Shown: positions 17,782-26,198 of the stretch, piece by piece
Numbering within the stretch: position 1 is the stretch's first letter
Layout: the number at the start of each line of letters is the position of its first letter
NCBI GenBank assembly: GCA_963851265.1
Contig: CAWKNZ010000002.1
Span: 1,728,001-1,792,000, forward strand
Length of the DNA: 64,000 nt
Direction of reading: 5' to 3'
Source: an uncultured Gemmatimonadales bacterium
GTDB taxonomy: Bacteria > Gemmatimonadota > Gemmatimonadetes > Gemmatimonadales > Gemmatimonadaceae
The notes under the pieces: generated by a model
Database searches by the model: none
What the model was told of the DNA's origin: nothing
The model's input: the letters and a program-made list of their open reading frames with translations, nothing else
Position numbers and translations under genes: made by a program

Positions 17782-19737
17782 CTACTCGAGCAATTCGAGG
17801 TCGAGCGCTTCGATGGCGGCGCCGAGCACACGGTCGCGACGCGCGAGCGTCGCGAGCCGCTCTGCACGTACCCCTTCGGCGGTCAGGCGTTGCGGCGCCG
17901 CGCCGCCCTGGGGTGCCGCCGCGCCGTTCGCCCGCAGCACGACCCGCGCCGCCCCAGGGTGGACGTGCCGCACGGCGCCGATCACGTCGTCGTGGGCCGC
18001 GGAGAGCGCCTGCGCGTACGCGTCGTTCGGCTCGATCAGTTCGACGGTGACGACGCCCGCCGCACTCAGCGCGACGGGGCGCGTTGCGGCGAGTGCACTC
18101 GCGACGAGCGGTCGCACGGCCCGCGCCGCGTCGACCACCGCGGACCACCGCGCCGCGAGCGTGACGACGTCGCCATGCGCGTCGGCGGGCATCGGCGCAC
18201 CGTTCGGCAGCGGTGCCGGGTAGCTCGGCGTCTGGGGCGCATGCGCCGCGTCGACCAGCGGCGCCGGCGCGACGCTCCGCGTTGGCGCGCGCACCGCGGG
18301 TCGCTCCAGCACCGCCGTAATCGGCCCGTTGCCGATCGGCCCGTCACTGATCGACGCCTCGCTGATCGGACCGTCGGGGTGGTCCGGCAGCGGCGCCTCG
18401 CGGTGCCACGCGGGTGGACGCGCGTCGTCGACGGCGCTCTCGTACGCGGCGCGAAGGCTCGCCCCCGCAGACGGACGCGTCGTCGCGCGCCCCGCGTCGG
18501 CGGGAGGCGTGCGACCGGCAGGCCGGGGGGGCGCCGACGACGGGCCGGTAACCGGGGTGCGAGCGGGACCACTCCCCAGCGGACCGCCGTCGAGGCCGCG
18601 GAGCACGGTTTCGAGGTCGACCGCGCGGTCGGCGAGTGCGAAGCGCACGAGCAGCGTCTCGAGCAGGAGTTGCTGTTGCCCGCTCTTGCGGATGCGCGGC
18701 TCGGCTTCGACGAGGATCTGCAGCATGCGCACGAGGTCCGACGCGCCGAGGTGGCCCGGGCGGCCCGCGCGCTCGGCCAGCGCCGCGCGCAGGCGTTCCG
18801 AGACGTCGGGCGCGTCGCCCCCGAGCGTGAGGGCGAGGAGCGCGCGCATCGCGTCGCCGAGCCCGGCCACGAACAGCGCGAAGTCGACGCCACCTTCGGC
18901 GAGGCGCGCGACCTGGGCGAACACGTCGCCCGCACGCCGGTCGGCGACGAGGTCGACGACGGCGACGTACTCCTCCTCGGGCACGAGGCCTAACGCCTCG
19001 CGCACGCGCTCCGCCGTGACGCGCGCGTCCGCGCCGAGCGAGAGCACCTGGTCGGTGAGCGAGAGCGCGTCGCGCAGGCCGCCGTCCGCCGCGCGCGCGA
19101 TCGCGCCGAGCGCGTCGGGCTCGAACGGCACGTGCTCGGCGTCGAGCACGGCGGCCAGTCGCGCGCGGATCTCGCCGGGCCCGATGCGCTTGAGGTCGAA
19201 GCGCTGGAGCCGGCTGAGAATCGGCGCGGCCGCCTGCGCGATTTTTTGCGGCTCCGTGGTGCAGAAGACGAACACCACGCGAGGCGGCGGCTCCTCGAGC
19301 ACCTTGAGGAGCGCGTTCCACGCCTCGCGCGTGAGCATGTGGGCCTCGTCCACGATGTAGACCTTGTACCGGCCCTCGCCCGACGGGGCGTACATCGCAC
19401 GCTCGCGCAGGTCGCGCGCGTCGTCCACCGAGCGGTTGGACGCGGCATCGATCTCGACGACGTCGAGCGACGAGGCCCCGCTCCAGATGCGCCGGCAGCT
19501 TTCGCACGCCCCGCACGGCTCGCCGTCGGGGTGCTCGGCCCGGCGCTCACAGTTGAGTGCCATCGCGAGTACGCGCGCGAGCGTCGTCTTGCCCGTCCCG
19601 CGCGGCCCGCACAGGAGGTAGCCGTGCGCGACGCGGCCGCGCGCGATGGCCCCCTTCAACGTGTTCGAGACGTGCGACTGGACGGCGACGTCGGCGAACG
19701 ACTTGGGGCGGTACTTCCGGGCGAGGGCGAGCGACAT
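17782..19737 (-). CDS. dnaX: DNA polymerase III subunit gamma/tau
   Basis: LARKYRP, GPRGTGKTT, zinc module, EIDAASN, DEAHML, NALLKVLEEPP. Confidence 0.96.
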   Translation of the reverse strand: MSLALARKYRPKSFADVAVQSHVSNTLKGAIARGRVAHGYLLCGPRGTGKTTLARVLAMALNCERRAEHPDGEPCGACESCRRIWSGASSLDVVEIDAASNRSVDDARDLRERAMYAPSGEGRYKVYIVDEAHMLTREAWNALLKVLEEPPPRVVFVFCTTEPQKIAQAAAPILSRLQRFDLKRIGPGEIRARLAAVLDAEHVPFEPDALGAIARAADGGLRDALSLTDQVLSLGADARVTAERVREALGLVPEEEYVAVVDLVADRRAGDVFAQVARLAEGGVDFALFVAGLGDAMRALLALTLGGDAPDVSERLRAALAERAGRPGHLGASDLVRMLQILVEAEPRIRKSGQQQLLLETLLVRFALADRAVDLETVLRGLDGGPLGSGPARTPVTGPSSAPPRPAGRTPPADAGRATTRPSAGASLRAAYESAVDDARPPAWHREAPLPDHPDGPISEASISDGPIGNGPITAVLERPAVRAPTRSVAPAPLVDAAHAPQTPSYPAPLPNGAPMPADAHGDVVTLAARWSAVVDAARAVRPLVASALAATRPVALSAAGVVTVELIEPNDAYAQALSAAHDDVIGAVRHVHPGAARVVLRANGAAAPQGGAAPQRLTAEGVRAERLATLARRDRVLGAAIEALDLELLE

Positions 19738-19908
19738 GCGGGCGGCAGGAGCGGGAGGTCACGCGACGGGGGCGCGCGGCCGGCGTAATCTCGCGCGTCG
19801 GCCGGGGGGGTGCCAGCGCACCGCGCGGCGGCCGCGCGTGCGCGCGCGCCGCGCGCCGTGTAGCGTACCGGCGTACGTCCGTCGTCCGCTCGCGTCTCCG
19901 GCTCGCCC

Positions 19909-20910
19909 ATGCGTTGGTTCACGCCGCCCGTCGTCAGATCCCGGCCCGCGTACGCGGTCTCGCGCGCGCTCGCACGCGCGCGCACCGTCGCGCCGGCCAC
20001 GCTCGTGCTGTTCGCGGCCGACGCATGCGACAATCGCGTCGCGGACGCTCCCGGCGTCGGCGGCGTGATCGACCGCCCCGTCGCGGTGCTCGCCGCCTCG
20101 TCGACCGACGTGACGACGACCGAGTTGTACCTCGTCAGCGAGAACGGTGGGACGTCGATCCGGGTCCCCACTTTCACCGGGGCCAAGTGGCAGGTGCGCT
20201 GGTCGGGCGACGGTCGCCGGCTGGCGCTCACCGGGAACACGCTCGACTCGCGCTCCGACCGCGTCGCCTTCACCTCGGACGTGTGGGTAATGAACGCCGA
20301 CGGATCGGGGCTGCGGCAGATCACGCGCGATGGGGTGTCCGGATCGGCCACGTGGCTCGCCGACGGGCGGCTGGTCTACGTCTACGCAGCGCCAAACCAG
20401 GGATTGCAGTGGTTCGCGGTGCCGGCGACGGGCGGGCCAGCCCTACCCCTCACGCTGCGCCAGGGCGCGCCCGTCTACACGCCCGATTGGTCGCGGACGG
20501 CTCCGCAGATGAGCTTCAACGACGACACCACGATCTTCACCGCGGCGGTCGACGGCTCCGCCGAGCGCGCGATCGCCGGCGGGACGCTTCCGCGGTGGTC
20601 GCCGTCGGGCGACCGGATTGCCTACCTGGGACGCCAGGACGGCGGGCCGAAGCTGTTCGTGATCTCGCCCGTCGCGCGGGCGCGTCCCGTGGTCGTCGTG
20701 CCCGACCTCACGGCGTTCGCGGGCGGCTTCACGTGGTCGCCGGACGGCACCCGCATCCTCTGGATCCGGAACACGGCGGCCGGGACGGAGGCGGTGGTCA
20801 GCCAGGCGAACGGATCCGGCGCGCCGACCACGTTCGTCCAGCGCGGGCCTAACGTGACCGCGTACGACGTCGACGTCGACTGGCGTCCGACACCGCTTCC
20901 GGTTCCGTAA
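19909..20910 (+). CDS. TolB-like beta-propeller (PD40 repeat) exported protein
   Basis: Repeated WSGDG/WSPSG/WSPDG motifs, VWVMNADGSGLRQIT; start uncertain. Confidence 0.75.
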   Translation: MRWFTPPVVRSRPAYAVSRALARARTVAPATLVLFAADACDNRVADAPGVGGVIDRPVAVLAASSTDVTTTELYLVSENGGTSIRVPTFTGAKWQVRWSGDGRRLALTGNTLDSRSDRVAFTSDVWVMNADGSGLRQITRDGVSGSATWLADGRLVYVYAAPNQGLQWFAVPATGGPALPLTLRQGAPVYTPDWSRTAPQMSFNDDTTIFTAAVDGSAERAIAGGTLPRWSPSGDRIAYLGRQDGGPKLFVISPVARARPVVVVPDLTAFAGGFTWSPDGTRILWIRNTAAGTEAVVSQANGSGAPTTFVQRGPNVTAYDVDVDWRPTPLPVP

Positions 20911-21322
20911 CGTCGGTTCGCCGCGGCCCGGCGGTCGCCGCCGGGGCACTCGGCGCCCGGGCACTCGGCGCCCGGACACTGGACGGTCGAGCGGCCGCGG
21001 GTTGGTCGGCCCACCACGCGGCGTACGGCGTGTTGCGCGCGAGGTGACGATTCCAGTCCGGCGCGCCGTCGTCCCACCAGACCGCGCCGCGCTCGCCGAG
21101 TCCGACCTTGGCCGCGTTCACCTCGGCGCGCGCGTTGCGGAGTGCGTCGGCGTCACCACTCCCGAGCGCGGCGCGCACGCCGCGGCGCGCGCGCATCAAC
21201 GCGTCGACGAGTCGGTCGCGTTCGGCGGGCGGCAGCGCGGGGTTGCTCGCCCGCCACAGCCGCCCGCGTACCACGAGGTAGCGACCGTCAGGCGTGAAGA
21301 GAGGCGCGGCGGACGTCGACAC
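20849..21322 (-). CDS. Small conserved hypothetical protein
   Basis: TPDGRYLVVRGRLWRASNP...LMRARRGV...AKVGLGERGAVWWDDGAPDWNRH...TPYAAWW reads as a globular small-protein family; GTG start at 21322 inferred; 3' tail is low complexity. Confidence 0.6.
   Translation of the reverse strand: MSTSAAPLFTPDGRYLVVRGRLWRASNPALPPAERDRLVDALMRARRGVRAALGSGDADALRNARAEVNAAKVGLGERGAVWWDDGAPDWNRHLARNTPYAAWWADQPAAARPSSVRAPSARAPSAPAATAGPRRTDVTEPEAVSDASRRRRRTRSR
20944..20980 (+). repeat. 15-bp tandem repeat (GGGCACTCGGCGCCC x ~2.5)
   Basis: Units at 20944-20958 and 20959-20973, partial unit at 20974-20980. Confidence 0.75.
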
Positions 21323-21419
21323 GAGCTTCGCGCGTGAGCGGAAGGACGGCGCAGAAACGCGAACCGACCGGCGCCTTCCCGCGTGCGCGATGCGCACGTG
21401 CGGGGTGGGCGACCGGTCG

Positions 21420-21523
21420 GGTACTCCAGGTCTGACGGAGCAACGCAAGACACCACACGGCGCTGCTACCTGCGGGGTCCTGACGCGGTTAGCGGGCTTA
21501 CGCCCTCCGGGACCTGGAGCATT
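21420..21523 (-). ncRNA. ffs: Signal recognition particle RNA (small bacterial 4.5S type)
   Basis: Minus strand AACCGCG-TCAGG-ACC-CCGCA-GGT-AGCAGCG domain IV; terminal stem CTCCAGGTC/GACCTGGAG; located upstream of dnaX-ybaB-recR. Confidence 0.88.
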
Positions 21524-21526
21524 CGT

Positions 21527-21555
21527 ATGATAACGCGCGCTTCCGGCTGGGACAA
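21527..21555 (-). promoter_or_regulatory. Sigma70-type promoter of SRP RNA
   Basis: TTGTCC-N17-TATCAT on the minus strand, ending just before the RNA 5' stem. Confidence 0.75.
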
Positions 21556-21590
21556 CGGCGCGGGAGCGGACGCGACACGCGTTCCCGGCG

Positions 21591-22670
21591 TCAGACCGCG
21601 TGCAACGCGGCGCCTGCGGCTTCCTCCAGCGCCCGGGCGACGACCTCGCCCGCGCGGCGCGCGCCGGCGTCGTCGACGTCCAGGTGCGTGACCAGCCGCA
21701 CGCGCGTCGGCGACCACACCGACACGCGCACGCCGTCGGCCGCCGCGCGCGCCGCGACGTCTGCCGCGACCGGCGCAGGCAGGTCGATCATCACGATGTT
21801 GCTCTGCGGTGGCACCACGCTCGCACCGCCCGCGCCGTCGACGGCGTCGGCGATGCCACGTGCACGGGCGTGGTCGTCCGCGAGCCCCGCGTAGTGGTGG
21901 TCGAGCCCGTGCAGTGCGGCCGCCGCGAGAATCCCCGCCTGGCGCATGCCACCCCCCATGCGCTTGCGCGTGACCCACGCGTCACGCAGCGCGTCCTCGC
22001 TCCCCGCGAGCACCGCGCCGACGGGGGCGCCGAGCCCCTTGGAGAACGCGACCATCACCGTGTCTGCGTGGCGCGCGAAGTCGGCCGGCTCGGCGTCGCT
22101 CGCGACAGCGGCATTCCACAGGCGCGCGCCGTCGAGGTGTACTGGCAAGCCCGCCGCACGCGCGACCTCGGCGATCGCGCCGAGCGCGTCGGGTGGGGTG
22201 ACGACGCCACCCGCGCCGTTGTGCGTGTCCTCGGCGCAGACGAGCGACGCGCGCGGGGCGTGCTGCGACGGGGGGCGGATGGCCGCCGAGAGCGCGTCCG
22301 CGTCAAAGACGAGGCGACCGGCGGCGGGTGCTACGGGGCGGATCTGCACGCCCGCGAGCGCGGCGAGCCCTGCGTGCTCCCAATGGACGAGGTGCGCGCC
22401 GGCGTCGAGCAGCACCTCGGTGCCACGCTCGGCCAGGAGCCACACCGCGGCCTGGTTGGCCATCGTCCCGCTCGGAAAGAAGAACGCGCGCTCCTTGCCG
22501 AGCAGCTCGCAGGTGCGCGCCTCGAGCCGTCGCACGGTCGGATCGCCGTCTAGCACGTCGTCGCCGACCTCGGCGTCGGCCATCGCGCGGCGCATGGCGG
22601 CCGTGGGCCGCGTGACGGTGTCGCTGCGCAGGTCGACCGGCGCGCTCGTGGGGATCCCGTTGGTGGTCAT
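21591..22670 (-). CDS. ltaE: Low-specificity L-threonine aldolase family (PLP)
   Basis: DLRSDTVT, GDDV, PSGTMAN, HLDGARLWNA, SKGLGAPVG, GGGMRQAG. Confidence 0.9.
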   Translation of the reverse strand: MTTNGIPTSAPVDLRSDTVTRPTAAMRRAMADAEVGDDVLDGDPTVRRLEARTCELLGKERAFFFPSGTMANQAAVWLLAERGTEVLLDAGAHLVHWEHAGLAALAGVQIRPVAPAAGRLVFDADALSAAIRPPSQHAPRASLVCAEDTHNGAGGVVTPPDALGAIAEVARAAGLPVHLDGARLWNAAVASDAEPADFARHADTVMVAFSKGLGAPVGAVLAGSEDALRDAWVTRKRMGGGMRQAGILAAAALHGLDHHYAGLADDHARARGIADAVDGAGGASVVPPQSNIVMIDLPAPVAADVAARAAADGVRVSVWSPTRVRLVTHLDVDDAGARRAGEVVARALEEAAGAALHAV

Positions 22671-22675
22671 CCCGG

Positions 22676-22704
22676 AAAACAAAGGGCGCCCACAAGGGGC
22701 GCCC
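22676..22704 (-). terminator. Rho-independent terminator after the small lipoprotein gene
   Basis: GGGCGCCC stem, 5-nt loop, followed by TTTGTTTT on the minus strand. Confidence 0.65.
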
Positions 22705-22728
22705 GGTGCGGTAATGGTGCGGCCGCGA

Positions 22729-23007
22729 TTACGGCTGCTTGGCAGGGTTGATCGTGGGCACCTTCACCGCCGTCTTTTTCGTGCCCACCACCGGCCGGTT
22801 GACGATCAGCGTGTCGGGCTTCGTGCCGACGACAGGGGTGTTGATCGAGTCGGTCTTGGTTCCGACCGTGGGCGTCGTCACCGTCGTGGTCTTGGTGTCG
22901 ACGCTGACGTCGGGCGTCTTGACCTGGTACTGGCCGTCTCCGGTCTTGGTGCACGCGCCGAGGGCGGCCGTGGCGGCGAGAGTCAGGGCGAGGGCGAGTG
23001 TACGCAT
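22729..23007 (-). CDS. Small Thr/Val/Pro-rich lipoprotein (92 aa)
   Basis: GGAGA RBS; MRTLALALTLAATAALGAC lipobox; repeated PxVGTK units. Confidence 0.78.
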   Translation of the reverse strand: MRTLALALTLAATAALGACTKTGDGQYQVKTPDVSVDTKTTTVTTPTVGTKTDSINTPVVGTKPDTLIVNRPVVGTKKTAVKVPTINPAKQP

Positions 23008-23053
23008 GATTAGTCTCCGGGGGCTGGACGTTCGTGGTGGCGTCCAACCTAAT

Positions 23054-23069
23054 GGCAACCTCCGAGCCA
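23054..23069 (-). promoter_or_regulatory. Candidate sigma54 promoter for the small lipoprotein
   Basis: Minus strand TGGCTCGGAGGTTGCC (TGGC-N7-TTGC). Confidence 0.55.
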
Positions 23070-23137
23070 AAGGCCCAGCTCCCTTGTGCCTCGCGTCCCG
23101 TCGTACGCCCGCAGCGGCTGGGCCGAGCGCGATGCGC

Positions 23138-24049
23138 TCAGTCCTCCAGCACCGCGCGCTGGATGCGGCGCACGTGCCGCAACTCGAACACCTGCGCTAC
23201 CTCGCCGCCGAGAATAAAAACGATCGACGCATAATACACCCAGAAGACGATGATCACGAACGCGGCGAGCGTGCCCGTATACAGGGACCCCGGGTTGAAC
23301 GACCGCACGTACGCGGAGAACACCATCTTCGCGACCTCCAGGAGCGCGCCGGCGAACGCCGCCGCGAGGAGTGCCGTCTTCCAGCGAATGCCTCGGTTAG
23401 GCAACGTCTTGTACAGACCGAAGAACATCGCCGTGATGAACGAGAACGCGACGAGGCGCCCGACCGAGTATTCGAGGCCGCCCATCACGTCGCCGCGCAC
23501 GCCCATGTTGATGAGCACGCGCACGCCCGACGACGTCGCGAGGCTGAGGTACGCCGACAGCGCGGTGTAGGCGACGACGAGCACCGTCGAGACCACGGTC
23601 ACCTGGACGTCGAACAGCTTGCCGGCCACGATCCCGCGCTCCTGGTCGATGTCGAACACCTCGGCCAGCACCGAGCGCAGTGACCCGAAGAGCCGCGTCG
23701 AGAACCAGATGAACGACACCGCCGACACGAGCCCGACGCGTCCTCGCGTGCGGATCGCGTCGGCGATCACCGAGCGGAGCAGGTCGGTGCCCGTTCCGAG
23801 GCCGCCGGGGAGCAACCGGTCGAGCAGCGCCGACACCTGCGTCGTGGACGCGTCGGCGGTCTGCCCGAGCACGTACGCGATGCCGGTCACGAGCAGGAGC
23901 GCGAACGGGACCACGGCCAGGAGGATGTTGAACGCGATCCCGCCGGCGAGGAAGAAGATGTCGTCGTCGCCGGAGTTGTCCCACACGCGTCGGACGTAGT
24001 CGCCGAGCGTGCGCCCCGCGCGAACTCGAAGCGGAGGCCGGGCGGTCAG
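23138..24049 (-). CDS. YihY/virulence factor BrkB family membrane protein (start either CTG 24049 or GTG 23986)
   Basis: DDIFFLAGGIAFNILLAVVPF, LYKTLPN, YTGTLA..IIVFWVYYASIVFILGGE; multiple TM segments. Confidence 0.85.
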   Translation of the reverse strand: MTARPPLRVRAGRTLGDYVRRVWDNSGDDDIFFLAGGIAFNILLAVVPFALLLVTGIAYVLGQTADASTTQVSALLDRLLPGGLGTGTDLLRSVIADAIRTRGRVGLVSAVSFIWFSTRLFGSLRSVLAEVFDIDQERGIVAGKLFDVQVTVVSTVLVVAYTALSAYLSLATSSGVRVLINMGVRGDVMGGLEYSVGRLVAFSFITAMFFGLYKTLPNRGIRWKTALLAAAFAGALLEVAKMVFSAYVRSFNPGSLYTGTLAAFVIIVFWVYYASIVFILGGEVAQVFELRHVRRIQRAVLED

Positions 24050-24513
24050 CCGTCGAGGCCGTCGTCGTCGGGCGGCTCGTAACCGCCGGGCGCCACGCCG
24101 GCGCCGGCCTGATACGCCGCCTTGGTCTCCGCGATGCGGCGCTCCAGGTCGTCCCGCGCCTGCGCCGCGGCGACGCGCCCGGCCTCGACGGCGCGTTGCA
24201 CCTGTCGCCGCTTGAACTCGACCGCGTCGCGCGCGCGGTCGACGCGGTCGACGACCGCGGTTCGCGCGCGGTCGATCTGTCCGGTCACGCCGGCGGAGAC
24301 GTCGTCGGCGAGGCCCTGCGCGCGCCGGCGCGCCTCGTCACCGGCCGTCTGTGCGCGGCGCGAGAGCTGGCGGCGCGTGTCGCGCCCCGCCTGCGGCGCG
24401 AGGAGGAGCGCGGTGGCCGCGCCGAGGCCGAGCCCGAGGAGGAACGAGCCGACGCCGGCGCTGTGCTTCTCGATGACGACGACGCGCTCGTCGTCGTGCG
24501 GGTAGTGACGCAT
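24046..24513 (-). CDS. YtxH-domain protein
   Basis: FLLGLGLGAATALLLAPQAGRDTR followed by a coiled-coil. Confidence 0.85.
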   Translation of the reverse strand: MRHYPHDDERVVVIEKHSAGVGSFLLGLGLGAATALLLAPQAGRDTRRQLSRRAQTAGDEARRRAQGLADDVSAGVTGQIDRARTAVVDRVDRARDAVEFKRRQVQRAVEAGRVAAAQARDDLERRIAETKAAYQAGAGVAPGGYEPPDDDGLDG

Positions 24514-24537
24514 GGCAGGCAGAGGACGGGAGCGCGG

Positions 24538-26127
24538 TCAGGTCGCCTTACGGCCGCGCGCGACCACGGGGGTCTTGGTCAGCTTTCCGACCGGCGACGA
24601 CGCGTCGACCGGCAGCACGACCGGAGGCGGGAGCGTCGCGGCGCGGGTCTGGGGTGCGTCGTCACGAATGGCCGCGTGCGAAGCGGTGCCGTCGACGGGT
24701 GGCGCATCGTCGGGCGAGTCGACCGCGGGGTCGACCGTCGGTTCGACGGCCGCCGCGCCGCCGCGGCGTTCGAGCATCGACAGCATCTCGGTGCGCACCT
24801 CGGCCACGGTGAGTCCCGCCTCGCGCGCGGCGCGCTCGAGGTCACCGCCCGCGGCGGCCAGCGCCTTGACGACGATCTGGCGGCGCGCCTCGGGCAGGCT
24901 GTTGGGCCCGAGCGTGACCGTGATCGTCGTGCTCGCGTCGGCCGACATGCGGTGGCGACGCGACACGAGGTCGTCCACCGTGACGCGCGGGCCGCGCGTC
25001 ATGATGACGGCCTTCTCTACGGCGTTGCGCAACTCGCGGACGTTGCCGGGCCACGAGTAGCTGTTGATCCAGTCGAGCGCGGCGTCGTCGAAGCCCTCGA
25101 GCTTCTTGCCGTTCTGCTTCGCGAACGTGGCCAGAAACTCCTTCGCGATGAGCTGCACGTCGGCACCGCGCTCGCGCAGCGGCGGCAGATCGATCTCGAC
25201 CACCGCGAGGCGGTAGAACAGGTCCTCGCGAAGTTCGCCGTCGGCGATCGCCTTCTGCAGGTCCTTGTTGGTCGCCGCGACGATCCGGATGTCGACGGGG
25301 ATCTCCTTCTTGCCGCCGAGCCGGCGCACCATGCGCGACTCGAGGGCGCGCAGAAGCTTGACCTGAATGTCGGGCGGCATCTCGGCCACCTCGTCGAGGA
25401 AGATCGTGCCGCCCGATGCCTCCTCGAACGCGCCCGGCTTCTCGTTGGTCGATCCCGTGAACGCGCCCTTCTCGTGCCCGAAGAGCAGGTTCTCGAGAAT
25501 CTCCTTCGGAAGCGCGGCACAGTTGAGCGGGTAGAACACGTTGCGCGCGCGATCACTCTTCTTGTGCAGCGCCTTCGCGACGAGCTCCTTGCCCGTGCCG
25601 CTCTCGCCGAGAATGAGCACGGACGCCATCGACGGAGCGACGCGCTCGATCATCTGGTAGACGGCCTGCATCGGCTCGCTCTGCCCGACCATCTCGCCGA
25701 AGCGCGTGAGCGTCTCGAGCTTGGTCTCCAGCTCCTCGTTCTTCTGCTGCAGCTGCGCGCGTTCGAGCGCCTTCGGGATGAGCGCCTTCAGCTTGGCGAG
25801 GTTGATCGGCTTCTCGAGGAAGTCGTACGCGCCCTGGCGCATGGCCTCGACCGCGAGGTCGACTGACCCCGCGCCCGTGATCATGATGACCTGGGCCTGG
25901 TGCTTGCGCTGCCGGAGTTCGGTGAGCAGCGACATGCCATCGAGCTTGGGCATGTTCTGGTCGGCGAGGACGACGGCGTAGGCGTCGCCCCCAGGCCCGG
26001 TGAGCAGGTCCAAGGCTTTCTGCCCATCCACGGCGCTGTCGACTGTGTAGCCTTCAGCTTCCAGGATCGCGGTGAGCGGAACGACCGACTTCTGCTCGTC
26101 GTCGGCGATTAGGAGTTTGGGCGACAT
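24538..26127 (-). CDS. Sigma54-dependent response regulator (NtrC family: REC-AAA+-HTH)
   Basis: LIADDE, DQNMPKLDG, GESGTGKE, GAFTGS, FLDEVAEM, LREDLFYRL, WPGNVREL. Confidence 0.92.
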   Translation of the reverse strand: MSPKLLIADDEQKSVVPLTAILEAEGYTVDSAVDGQKALDLLTGPGGDAYAVVLADQNMPKLDGMSLLTELRQRKHQAQVIMITGAGSVDLAVEAMRQGAYDFLEKPINLAKLKALIPKALERAQLQQKNEELETKLETLTRFGEMVGQSEPMQAVYQMIERVAPSMASVLILGESGTGKELVAKALHKKSDRARNVFYPLNCAALPKEILENLLFGHEKGAFTGSTNEKPGAFEEASGGTIFLDEVAEMPPDIQVKLLRALESRMVRRLGGKKEIPVDIRIVAATNKDLQKAIADGELREDLFYRLAVVEIDLPPLRERGADVQLIAKEFLATFAKQNGKKLEGFDDAALDWINSYSWPGNVRELRNAVEKAVIMTRGPRVTVDDLVSRRHRMSADASTTITVTLGPNSLPEARRQIVVKALAAAGGDLERAAREAGLTVAEVRTEMLSMLERRGGAAAVEPTVDPAVDSPDDAPPVDGTASHAAIRDDAPQTRAATLPPPVVLPVDASSPVGKLTKTPVVARGRKAT

Positions 26128-26198
26128 AGCCGAAGAATAACCGATAGGAGTACGTCGGCGCGCGCGGCGCCCCGAAGTAGTTCGTGTGCTGCGTCGCG

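Noticed and set aside
19241..19250. A-run in dnaX as a gamma/tau frameshift signal
   Set aside because: It lies inside the AAA+ domain (PQKI), far from where such frameshifts occur
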